Positions 10,143 through 19,037 of a stretch of 32,000 nt of DNA are shown one piece after another. Position 1 is the first letter of the stretch, and every line of letters begins with the position of its first letter. The position numbers and the translations under genes were made by a program. Under the pieces are notes generated by a model. The model searched no databases and was not told the DNA's origin. It saw nothing but the letters and a program-made list of their open reading frames with translations. This DNA is from Nostoc punctiforme PCC 73102 (lineage in GTDB: Bacteria > Cyanobacteriota > Cyanobacteriia > Cyanobacteriales > Nostocaceae): NCBI RefSeq assembly GCF_000020025.1, contig NC_010628.1, positions 3,540,001 through 3,572,000 on the forward strand, given 5' to 3'.

Positions 10143-10835
10143 ATGATCCGTAGTAAAGAACCACACAACAACCTTTGTTTGCTGTATAACCAAGGATTAA
10201 TGCCTTACTTAGATGCTCATAGATGGCAGCGATCGCTCCTCAATGAACGCATCCATGACCCTAGTCTAGATGACGTGTTGATTTTGCTAGAACATCCACC
10301 TGTCTACACCTTGGGGCAAGGAAGCAACTCAGATTTTATCAAATTTGATATTGATCAAGGTGAATATGATGTGCATCGAGTTGAAAGAGGCGGCGAAGTT
10401 ACTTATCATTGTCCCGGTCAACTAGTGGGGTATCCAATTTTAAATCTGCAACGTTATCGTAAAGACCTGCATTGGTACTTACGCCAACTCGAAGAAGTCA
10501 TAATTCGCGTATTGACAGTTTATGGGTTGCAGGGAGAAAGAATTCCGGCTTTTACTGGTGTTTGGTTACAAGGGCGAAAGGTTGCGGCTATTGGGATTAA
10601 AGTCAGCCGTTGGATTACCATGCACGGCTTTGCATTAAATGTTTGTCCAGACATGAAAGGCTTTGAGCGCATTGTACCCTGCGGTATTTCTGATAAACCT
10701 GTAGGCAGTTTAGCCGAATGGATTCCAGGTATTACTTGCCAAGAAGTCCGTTTTTATGTAGCACAGTGCTTTGCTGAAGTGTTTGGAGTGGAATTAATCG
10801 AATCACAGCCTCAAGACTTTTTCCGGCCTGAGTAA
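10143..10835 (+). CDS. lipB: Lipoyl(octanoyl) transferase
   Basis: LipB motifs [41 protein letters not shown] and the catalytic Cys context VPCGI. The ORF track starts at a TTG at 10131; I prefer the in-frame ATG at 10143. Confidence 0.88.
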   Translation: MIRSKEPHNNLCLLYNQGLMPYLDAHRWQRSLLNERIHDPSLDDVLILLEHPPVYTLGQGSNSDFIKFDIDQGEYDVHRVERGGEVTYHCPGQLVGYPILNLQRYRKDLHWYLRQLEEVIIRVLTVYGLQGERIPAFTGVWLQGRKVAAIGIKVSRWITMHGFALNVCPDMKGFERIVPCGISDKPVGSLAEWIPGITCQEVRFYVAQCFAEVFGVELIESQPQDFFRPE

Positions 10836-11013
10836 ATTCAGCCTGTATTTATGTAATAAATACTATAGCAGCTCTATAGAAATTATGAGACACTAATGAG
10901 AGTAGCCTATATCTAAATAGTATCAAAATAACTATTTAACTACGGTTGTCAAACCTAAAATCTGATTATTTACAAATTTCTATACTAAATTTTTACGGCT
11001 GTCAAGCACAACT

Positions 11014-11220
11014 TTGCGCGTGAATTACTCAAATAATTTCCAGGTATATACCCCATCGTTAACGTCTTTGAGAGAACGTGATTTGACAGCTTTGATAGAA
11101 CTATTTGATAGAGACGACGGTGATGAAATTGAAGCCGACATCAGTGCTAGTTTGTTTTGGCTGATACCTGAACCTTGCTGGGAGGACGATCCTTTTGAGT
11201 TCTTGCGCGAGTATCTTTAA
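11014..11220 (+). CDS. Small acidic hypothetical protein (68 aa)
   Basis: ORF only, with a non-ATG start in the track. No motif recognised; coding status uncertain. Confidence 0.3.
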   Translation: MRVNYSNNFQVYTPSLTSLRERDLTALIELFDRDDGDEIEADISASLFWLIPEPCWEDDPFEFLREYL

Positions 11221-11256
11221 GTAGTGCTGAGTACCGTGAGATTAAAAGAAGCCTTT

Positions 11257-11283
11257 AATTACGAATTACGAATTACGAATTAC
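11257..11283. repeat. Tandem heptamer repeat (AATTACG x3.9), STRR-like
   Basis: aattacg aattacg aattacg aattac spans the stop codon and the last four codons (IRNS) of the minus-strand ABC ATPase. Confidence 0.8.
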
Positions 11284-12042
11284 TTGAAGGCGACTGAGGA
11301 AAATACGCAGGCGATCGCTTTGAGGATTGGTCAGTACTTCATAAGCTGAACCTTTTTCTGCCACAATACCTTTGTCCAAAAATATCACCTGATGGGCTAC
11401 TTCTTTTGCAAATTGCATTTCATGGGTGACAATGACCATTGTCATTCCCTCTGCTGCCAATTGTTGCATCACTTGCAAAACTTCGCCGACGAGTTCCGGA
11501 TCTAGGGCGCTGGTGGGTTCGTCAAATAGCATGATTTGGGGATTCATACATAAGCTACGAGCGATCGCTACTCGTTGCTTTTGTCCGCCAGAAAGTTGTT
11601 CGGGATAAGCAGATGCTTTGTCATGTAAGCCAACTTTCTCTAAATACAATCTCGCTAGTTGGGCGCTTTCCTTGGGTGTTTTACCCAGAACTTTACGCGG
11701 TGCAAGTGTCATATTTTCCAGGACGCTGAGATGAGGAAACAGGTTGAACTGTTGAAAAACCATACCTACTTGTGTCCGTAGTTGGCGCAGTTGATTATAG
11801 TTGACAGTGGGTCGGGATAAGTTGATACCGTTGATGATTAAACGCCCGTTGTCAATGGTTTCTAAGCGATTAAAGCAGCGTAATAAGGTACTTTTACCAC
11901 AGCCGGAGGAACCGATAACTGCAACAACTTCTCCCCGGTTGATTTCGCCAGTGATTCCTTTGAGGACTTTTAGGGAACCAAAGTTTTTTTCGATATTGTC
12001 AAAAATAATTGCGGGGATGGTATTGTTCATTACTTGTGCCAA
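11266..12042 (-). CDS. Polar amino-acid ABC transporter ATP-binding protein (GlnQ/BgtA-like)
   Basis: Walker A GSSGCGKST, signature LSGGQKQRVAIAR, Walker B MLFDEPTSALD and H-loop VTHEM. The size and sequence style match the polar amino-acid uptake family. Confidence 0.9.
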   Translation of the reverse strand: MAQVMNNTIPAIIFDNIEKNFGSLKVLKGITGEINRGEVVAVIGSSGCGKSTLLRCFNRLETIDNGRLIINGINLSRPTVNYNQLRQLRTQVGMVFQQFNLFPHLSVLENMTLAPRKVLGKTPKESAQLARLYLEKVGLHDKASAYPEQLSGGQKQRVAIARSLCMNPQIMLFDEPTSALDPELVGEVLQVMQQLAAEGMTMVIVTHEMQFAKEVAHQVIFLDKGIVAEKGSAYEVLTNPQSDRLRIFLSRLQVIRNS

Positions 12043-12156
12043 GCTGCTCTACAGTTGATTGTAAGGTAAGGAACCGCCATCTCTAGGAGAGGCTTCCGCC
12101 AATGCGTAGCGTCTCGCAAAGAAAACACCAAGGGCGTAGAGAGAAGAGAAAATAAT

Positions 12157-13662
12157 ATGGCTAAATTTGGTTTTGGGCGTTGGCTGCGCTGGTGTGTGGT
12201 TGTTAGTTTTGGTTGTTTGTTATTGGTTAGCTGTGCTGTGAACTCTAGTGCGGGGAAAACTTTGCGGGTTGCTACAGAACCAGCATTTCCACCTTTTGAG
12301 TTTAAAAAACCAGGTGGTGAGTTAGAGGGTTTTTCCATTGATTTGATGAATGCGATCGCAGTTGCAGCTAAATTTAAAGTCGATTTTCAAAGTATGCCTT
12401 TTGATGGTATGATACCGGCTTTGGCAGCCAAAACGGTAGATGCGGCGATTAGTTCGATCACGATTACAGAGGAGAGGGCGAAGACAATTTCTTTTTCCCG
12501 TCCTTATTTTAAAGCTGGGTTAGCGATCGCAATTCGTGCAGACGATCAAAATATTACTGGCTTTGACAGTCTCAAAAATAAAAAAATTGCAGTCCAAATT
12601 GGTACAACTGGGGCTGCAAAAGCTAAGAGTATTCCTGGAGTGCAACTTCGTAGTTTTGATTCTGCACCTGTAGCCCTACAAGAATTGGCCAATGGTAATG
12701 TGGATGCGGTAATTAATGATGCACCAGTGACTTTATATGCTATTAATACGGGCAATATTCAGGGAATAAAAATAGTACAGCAATTGCTGACGGAAGAGTT
12801 CTATGGCATTGCTACAGCTAAAAATTCGCCAAACTTGGTATTAATAAATAATGGTTTGGAGAGAGTGTTAAAAAATGGCACTTATTCCCAAATTTACCAA
12901 AAATGGTTTAAAATCAAACCGCCATCATTACCAGCTAAATCACCATTTGAAAATCAGAATAGTACTAGTTCACCTAAAATATTTACCTCAATTGCCGTAA
13001 TTTTGCAGGCTTTTCCGACTTTATTGCAGGGAGCATTAGTAACGTTACAATTAACGATAATTTCTGTAGTTTTTGGTTTAATAGGAGGTTCCCTGATTGG
13101 TATTGTCCGACTTTCTCGGATAACACCTGTGCGTTGGTTAGCGAGAGCCTATGTAGATTTTTTTCGGGGAACACCTTTATTGGTGCAAATTTTTATGATT
13201 TACTTTGGTTTACCAGCAATTTCGCAAGAAATTGGTTTTACATTTACTTTTGATCGCCTAACTGCTGGAATAATTGCCTTAAGTTTGAATAACGCCGCTT
13301 ACACTGCCGAAGTTGTGCGTGCAGGGATTCAATCGATTGAAACAGGACAAGCAGAAGCAGCACAATCATTAGGTTTGAGTTCTATACAAACGATGAGTTA
13401 TGTCATTTTTCCCCAAGCTTTTCGGCGGATGATTCCACCTTTGGGTAATGACTTTATCAGTTTATTGAAAGATACTAGCTTAGTTTCTGTAATTGGGTTG
13501 GAAGAATTACTACGTAAAGGACAGTTAATTGTTGCTGATAACTATCGTGCCTTTGAGATTTACGCAGGTGTAGCGGTGGTTTATTTATGTTTAACGTTAC
13601 TTTTTTCACAGGCATTTAGTCACTTAGAACTGTGGATGAATCCAGTTAAACGGCACAGATGA
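12157..13662 (+). CDS. Fused periplasmic amino-acid-binding protein / ABC permease (BgtB-like)
   Basis: The N-terminal half has a signal peptide plus a family-3 solute-binding domain (LRVATEPAFPPFEF...VDAAISSITIT.ER). The C-terminal half is a HisM/GlnP-type permease with the EAA-like loop (EAAQSLGLSSIQTMSYVIFPQA). Confidence 0.9.
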   Translation: MAKFGFGRWLRWCVVVSFGCLLLVSCAVNSSAGKTLRVATEPAFPPFEFKKPGGELEGFSIDLMNAIAVAAKFKVDFQSMPFDGMIPALAAKTVDAAISSITITEERAKTISFSRPYFKAGLAIAIRADDQNITGFDSLKNKKIAVQIGTTGAAKAKSIPGVQLRSFDSAPVALQELANGNVDAVINDAPVTLYAINTGNIQGIKIVQQLLTEEFYGIATAKNSPNLVLINNGLERVLKNGTYSQIYQKWFKIKPPSLPAKSPFENQNSTSSPKIFTSIAVILQAFPTLLQGALVTLQLTIISVVFGLIGGSLIGIVRLSRITPVRWLARAYVDFFRGTPLLVQIFMIYFGLPAISQEIGFTFTFDRLTAGIIALSLNNAAYTAEVVRAGIQSIETGQAEAAQSLGLSSIQTMSYVIFPQAFRRMIPPLGNDFISLLKDTSLVSVIGLEELLRKGQLIVADNYRAFEIYAGVAVVYLCLTLLFSQAFSHLELWMNPVKRHR

Positions 13663-13903
13663 TTTTGAAAAGTTGCTGTCCCTTTTTGAGGAAGGTTAGA
13701 GGGATTAAAATCTTGTGATGCAACTCATTCTTCTTCTAAGGCGTTGCCAAAGAATAAATTATTCCAGAAAAATAATTCTTATTATAGAAAGTGAATAAAT
13801 AGTTGCCGACGACAACCATTTATTCTCATCCAGAGTGTATGATAAATTTCCTATCTATACTCAACTAAGCAAGAACTACCTATCGTTTTCTAAAAGTAAA
13901 AAC

Positions 13904-14917
13904 TTAGCCCTTACTTAGATTTTTATCTGCACTACTATATTTAGAGAAATATTTACTTAAAAAGTAATTAATCCTACGCGAAATAATTTTTGGTGATTGT
14001 TTTGCAAGATGCACAAAAAAATATGGGTTATTTGCCATCTCTACTAAAGTCCTGGAAAAGCTTTTGCTTTTAATAGCATCCAAAACACGAAAATATGGTC
14101 TAGTCTTCTCAAGCAAAGCTAAACGTCTAGACAAAGCTTTGAATAACTGGGGGTTCGTTTTTATAAAATCTTGCTCTAGGAAATATCTACTAATATTACA
14201 AGTTTCTTCAAGACGTTTTACTTTGTTGGTACTAGCCACTAACGAACCTAAACGGGATCGGTAAAAATAGTAAGGGGTTGGTACAAATATAAAGCGTGCT
14301 TTATATGCTAGGCATTTGAGATAAAACCAAAAATCTTCACTTAGTCGGATGCTTTCATCATATTCAATGTTCTTCTTTATAAGAAATTCGCGTTTAATTA
14401 CAGGCTTTGTTAAACCAATAGTTAAGCCCCCTCGTCCCGGTAAATCAGTTTCTACATAATATACAGAATCAATTTCTTTGATTGTATCAATCTGCTCTCC
14501 ACTCTGAGCAATTAAAGTATTCCAAGGCGTTTGATCGCCATCTTTGATGTAATACAAATCATCTGCAACCATGTCTGCGTTTTCTGCATCTGCCACCTGC
14601 AAAAGTTTTTCTAATCTTTCGGGCAGATACCAGTCGTCAGAGTCGAGAATAGCAATCCATTTGCCCTTAGCCTCCTTGATAGCAAGATTACGTGCCCCTG
14701 AAGGCCCAAGATTTTTTGAACTAGCTATAACTTTGAGACGCTCATCACTAAAATTTTGGGCTATTGCTAAAGTTTTATCAGTTGAGGCATCATCAACGAC
14801 AATAAGTTCAAGGCTCTTAAGAGTTTGTCCTAAAACTGACTCTATTGCTTGGGAAATATAAGCTTCTGTATTATATGCAGGCATAATTACTGTTACTTCA
14901 GGAATATCCATAAACAT
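13904..14917 (-). CDS. Glycosyltransferase family 2
   Basis: N-terminal GT-A motifs VTVIMPAYN, VVDDASTD and the DxD motif LDSDD. The gene is noticeably more AT-rich than its neighbours. Confidence 0.85.
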   Translation of the reverse strand: MFMDIPEVTVIMPAYNTEAYISQAIESVLGQTLKSLELIVVDDASTDKTLAIAQNFSDERLKVIASSKNLGPSGARNLAIKEAKGKWIAILDSDDWYLPERLEKLLQVADAENADMVADDLYYIKDGDQTPWNTLIAQSGEQIDTIKEIDSVYYVETDLPGRGGLTIGLTKPVIKREFLIKKNIEYDESIRLSEDFWFYLKCLAYKARFIFVPTPYYFYRSRLGSLVASTNKVKRLEETCNISRYFLEQDFIKTNPQLFKALSRRLALLEKTRPYFRVLDAIKSKSFSRTLVEMANNPYFFVHLAKQSPKIISRRINYFLSKYFSKYSSADKNLSKG

Positions 14918-16102
14918 ATAAACTTACTTTGATTTGGGTTGACTTGAGTACAGAATGTTTCTCACAGAAGGATAGGTAGCTCAAAATTATTGATTTTGGC
15001 TGTTTATCCCAGTTTGATTTTTATACTAGTTATTTAATTACCATAAGCGCAAGGATAGAGCAATATGTACAAAGATAGATAAACTAGAATAATCCTGTGT
15101 CATATCACGCTTTAACTTTACATAATCTTTATAAACATGTTTAAACTCTGATAAAAGCAGATCAGTGTCAAGCTAGCAAAAAATCTAATATTGCATCAAA
15201 AATTTGGAAATTTTGACGAAATATAAGGGTTTGAGCCAAGGTTATTAGGGCTAGCAATCATGACTATAAGCGATCGCTCTTAACTCGACTTTATCCATTT
15301 TTCGCAATGCGATTGCCTAAGCTGAAACCTATATATGACAGTAGTGTTACTTTTTAAAGTTCGTCGATAATCTGTAACGTGGAAAAAGTATTTGCCAAAA
15401 AAACAGGGTTTTTGCTGGATAAAGAAAACCGAGTTATTAATTTTGCTTAAAGAAGAAGCCCGAATTCAGGATTCAGAATTAATGAGTAGTGGTTTTCAAC
15501 CCATTTATTCATCTGCCACTCGTACAGAATTCCTTCTAAATTCTGGCTCCCGAATTCTGTTTTAATAAAGTCTAGTTTAAACAATGTTTTAAAAGGCTCT
15601 TTTGTTCTCATTCTGTTACCGTAGCGTTCCCGCTTAAAAATTAGAGCTTTTTCAACAGTCATGTGAGAGATGTAGCCTTTGCTATATAAAGTTTGTAGCC
15701 AATACTGTAAAAGCTAATGGTTTCAACTTGGATAAAATTTATTTCTATAATTTAATCTATAAATATGTATATATACAAATAATAAATATTGCACTGTTTG
15801 TAATTATTGTTTGGTTATTATAAAATTAGCATAAATATCTCTATCAACAAAAAAATACTTAGATCCAGTCATTTAGTGAGTAACAATCATATCTACTGGG
15901 TATCAATACAGGGAGGGCTAATAGAGATAAATTAAGTAAAGTAGAAATTAAAAATTGCTTAATATAACATAAACATAATAAGCATTGAAGAAATGAGCTT
16001 TTGATGAATGTCATAACAATTTAAACACTTTTTCAGAGTCTACTTAAAGCAGAATACATAGATGCGGATAATTGGACATATAAACTACAAAAGGTACTAC
16101 CC

Positions 16103-16987
16103 ATGAGTTCCCGCGCCCTGCTGTTAATAAATCGTCATGCCCGCCAAGGGAAAAAGAGTCTGTCGGAAGCGATTGAATATCTGAAAACACTCGGCTTTGA
16201 CTTAATTGAGGAGTCTACAGAAGACCCAAAACATCTTACTGAAGTTATATCTCGCTATCAGCATCAAGTTGATCTAGTAATAATTGGTGGAGGAGATGGC
16301 ACTCTCAATGCAGCAGTAGATGCTTTAGTTGATACTCAGTTGCCCTTGGGAATCTTGCCTTTAGGAACTGCCAATGACCTAGCGAGGACTTTGGAAATCC
16401 CGAATTCCCTCAGCGAAGCTTGCCAAATTATTGCAAATGGAAATTTACGTCATATCGACTTGGGTTGGGTGAATGGCAAGCACTTCTTTAACGTTGCCAG
16501 TCTAGGATTGAGTGTAAAAATTACCCAGCGACTTACCAAAGAAGTCAAACGCCGTTGGGGAATATTTGCTTATGCCGCCACTGCATTGCAAGTCATTTGG
16601 GAAGCTAGACCTTTTACTGCCGAAATTGTAATCAATGGTGAATCAGTTCACGTGAAAACAGTACAAATTGCTGTGGGTAACGGTCGTTATTACGGCGGTG
16701 GTATGGCGGTGGCTGACGATGCCACAATAGATGACCAAAGGCTAGACCTCTATAGCTTGGAAATCAAACATTGGTGGCAGATTATACTATTGCTCCCCGC
16801 TATGCGAGAAGGACGACATATACATTGGGAGAGTGTACGTTCTCTTCAAGGTCAAGAAATAAAAGTATATACTCGCAAACCCCGCCCTATCAATACAGAT
16901 GGTGAAATCACTACTTACACACCAGCTCATTTTAGGGTTATACCTAAAGCTATAGCTGTTTTAGCACCCCCAGAAATCAGGAGTTAG
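16103..16987 (+). CDS. YegS/BmrU-type lipid kinase (diacylglycerol kinase catalytic domain)
   Basis: DAGK_cat signature VIIGGGDGTLN and LGILPLGTANDLAR. Length is about 294 aa. Confidence 0.85.
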   Translation: MSSRALLLINRHARQGKKSLSEAIEYLKTLGFDLIEESTEDPKHLTEVISRYQHQVDLVIIGGGDGTLNAAVDALVDTQLPLGILPLGTANDLARTLEIPNSLSEACQIIANGNLRHIDLGWVNGKHFFNVASLGLSVKITQRLTKEVKRRWGIFAYAATALQVIWEARPFTAEIVINGESVHVKTVQIAVGNGRYYGGGMAVADDATIDDQRLDLYSLEIKHWWQIILLLPAMREGRHIHWESVRSLQGQEIKVYTRKPRPINTDGEITTYTPAHFRVIPKAIAVLAPPEIRS

Positions 16988-17039
16988 GAGTTCTTCTCCT
17001 TCATTTCCTCCACTTATTCTATTTCCCTCTGCTAAAAAT

Positions 17040-17672
17040 GTGGGAAGTCGCATCAATTCACGCCAAATGCATCTGAGATTTTCTCAAGATATAAAGTCTC
17101 TGTTACAACGCCTAGCTGAACAACCGCTTACTCTAGGTGATGTTTTGGCAGAAACCTCAGAACGAGGGTTCAGCCTGGTGATTACATTATTAGTTTTGCC
17201 CTTTTTATTTCCTATGCCACCTGGATTAACTGGCCCTTTTGGTGGTGCTTGTTTACTGTTGTCAGCGCAAATGGTTTTAGGGAGGCGATCGCCTTGGCTG
17301 CCGAAAAGAATCGCTAACTACAAATTTCCTCGTCCCTTCGCCCAGTTATTGTTGCAAAATTTGGGACGTCTTACCAAAGTTTTACAGAAAATAGCCCGTC
17401 CCCGATTGGCAAAAATAGCCCATAATCCTTTGATTTGGCGAATTAATGGGTTTTGTATCTCTTTATTAACAGTATTACTAATATTACCAATTCCGTTTAC
17501 CAATCCTATCCCTACTATAGGTATTTTACTTTTGACTGTTGCCACCATCGAATCTGACGGTTTATTAATTTGTATCAGTTACGGCATTACTGTTTTAATT
17601 ACCTTGCTGTTTGGATTTTTGGGTTATGCAGTATGGTTAGCTCCCAGTTTACTACCATCTATCTTTAAATAA
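17040..17672 (+). CDS. Exopolysaccharide synthesis ExoD family membrane protein
   Basis: ExoD-like block LGDVLAETSERGFSLVITLLVLPFLFPMPPGL...GRRSPWLPKR plus C-terminal TM helices. The track start is GTG 17040; an alternative ATG lies at 17067. Confidence 0.8.
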   Translation: MGSRINSRQMHLRFSQDIKSLLQRLAEQPLTLGDVLAETSERGFSLVITLLVLPFLFPMPPGLTGPFGGACLLLSAQMVLGRRSPWLPKRIANYKFPRPFAQLLLQNLGRLTKVLQKIARPRLAKIAHNPLIWRINGFCISLLTVLLILPIPFTNPIPTIGILLLTVATIESDGLLICISYGITVLITLLFGFLGYAVWLAPSLLPSIFK

Positions 17673-17725
17673 TAAAAGCCCCCAGCTTTAGGCTAAGGGC
17701 TGTAATTTATTAGGGTGCATCTACC
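17671..17725 (-). ncRNA. Candidate small RNA, array unit 1 (5' end is a guess)
   Basis: Minus-strand hairpin AGCCCUUAGC-CUAAA-GCUGGGGGCU (17677-17701) followed by UUUUAUU. The conserved segment GAUGCACC.UAAUAAAUUAC lies upstream. A TAATAA -10-like box and CCCGGA sit further upstream. Confidence 0.45.
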
Positions 17726-17814
17726 ATTTATTAATCCGCTTTATTGATTGCTATATCCGGGTAAATTATGTTTTTTGACAGATTTATTTGATCGACACAT
17801 TAAAAACTATAAGT

Positions 17815-17871
17815 AATAAAAAAGCCCATAGCGTTAAGCTAAGGGCTGTAATTTATTAAGGTGCATCTACC
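17815..17871 (-). ncRNA. Candidate small RNA, array unit 2 (5' end is a guess)
   Basis: Minus-strand hairpin AGCCCUUAGC-UUAAC-GCUAUGGGCU (17823-17847) followed by UUUUUUAUU. The upstream conserved blocks match unit 1. Confidence 0.45.
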
Positions 17872-17958
17872 ATTTATTAATCCGCTTTATTAATTGCTAT
17901 ATCCGGGTAAATTAGGTTTTTTAACAGATTTATTTTATTTTAAAATTATAAATTTAAT

Positions 17959-18014
17959 TAAAAAAGCCCTCAGCTAAAAGCGGAGGGCTATGATTTAATT
18001 AAGGTGCATCTACT
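17959..18014 (-). ncRNA. Candidate small RNA, array unit 3 (diverged; 5' end is a guess)
   Basis: Minus-strand hairpin AGCCCUCCGC-UUUUA-GCUGAGGGCU (17965-17989) followed by UUUUUU. The GAUGCACCUUAAUUAAAUC segment is retained, but the promoter-like region is diverged. Confidence 0.35.
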
Positions 18015-18302
18015 ATTTATATATCCGCCTTAGTTCTTGCTGCATCAGGAAGAATTGAAAAAAAATGGATAACTGTGGAATCGATTTTGTTAGCTATAAA
18101 ACTAGTACTAGTCTGAACGAGGACAACCTGTGGTTTTTGACTAGATAATCATTGACTAACTTCACATTAATTTTACAATTAACCCGAATTTTACCTAAAT
18201 ACACAAAGTTTTTGTTAATATCTCTGATGCTATATCCGCAATAGTACGAATTTAGTTTATTAGTTGGGTATATGACTATGAAAGTTAGACGCACCCAACT
18301 TA

Positions 18303-18860
18303 ATGAAGCGATCGCCATTTCTATTAGCCCTTGCTAGCCTTTGTATTGTCGGGGGAAGCTTTTTTATCAGAACAGCTTTTAGCAGTACTAGCGAACCTAA
18401 AATAATAACTGATACATCACGCTACAAAGAAATTCGTAATCAGCTATGGTCTGATAATGATCGAGTAAAACATTTTCCTAATCAGATTCCTACTGATGCC
18501 AAAGACGTTCGTATTGCTTACTCTCCAGAATTTTTGCAAGGAAGTACTTTTTTTCAAATTAGGCTGAAACAGCCACCAAACAAGATAGAAAAATTGCTGT
18601 CACAATACAGAAATAGTGCAAAGTACAAATATAGAGGTGGCAACACAAACGAACACATAAACCAACTTAACGGTGTGCCGACAACTTTTTTCTACACCAG
18701 TGACTCTTCTACAGAATCTTTTCCAGCTACTTATGAAATACTAGTATTAAATGCAGACGACAAAGGCAGACCTGGCTTCAAATGGAATCATGGAGATAGC
18801 TATGGTGTCGCTATTAGTAGTTCCGCCTCAGAAATAATCTATTGGTCTGAAAAATGGTAG
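18303..18860 (+). CDS. Hypothetical secreted/membrane-anchored protein (185 aa)
   Basis: ATG start and an N-terminal hydrophobic signal-like segment (FLLALASLCIVGGSFFI). No domain recognised. Confidence 0.6.
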   Translation: MKRSPFLLALASLCIVGGSFFIRTAFSSTSEPKIITDTSRYKEIRNQLWSDNDRVKHFPNQIPTDAKDVRIAYSPEFLQGSTFFQIRLKQPPNKIEKLLSQYRNSAKYKYRGGNTNEHINQLNGVPTTFFYTSDSSTESFPATYEILVLNADDKGRPGFKWNHGDSYGVAISSSASEIIYWSEKW

Positions 18861-19037
18861 CTAGCAATTAAAAATAAATTTGAATCGCTATGAGAAAAAT
18901 CATTATTTGGGACATGACCCTTATTCATTACTAAGCAATGGTTTTACCCTTTTGGGTATATCACTTTAGGTAGTTAAAAATTATAGCCAGCATAGGTAAG
19001 ATTTATAAGCTGCTTAAAAAATATCTGAATATTTAGA

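Larger units (their letters stand above)
17671..18050 (-). repeat. Three-unit tandem array (period 142-146 bp) of sRNA-gene-like units
   Basis: Units begin near 17671, 17815 and 17958. Units 1 and 2 differ by 8 substitutions plus a 2-nt indel over about 119 nt (my hand alignment); unit 3 is more diverged. Each unit carries a 25-nt hairpin followed, on the minus strand, by a U-tract. Confidence 0.85.

Noticed and set aside
12061-12074. GTAAGGTAAGGAAC, an NtcA-like GTA-N8-AAC site in the divergent ABC transporter promoter region.
   Set aside because: It has one mismatch to GTA-N8-TAC and no clear -10 box at the right distance. It is too weak to call as a regulatory feature and is mentioned only inside a finding.
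12030-12338. 102-aa minus-strand ORF spanning the ABC divergent promoter and the start of the binding-protein gene.
   Set aside because: It is antisense to a well-supported CDS and to intergenic DNA, and its sequence is proline- and basic-rich and low in complexity. It is spurious.
15447-15662. 71-aa minus-strand ORF inside the AT-rich gap.
   Set aside because: No family is recognised. It lies in very AT-rich DNA, and I cannot tell a real small gene from a chance ORF or a gene fragment. It is left as a note under the AT-rich island finding.
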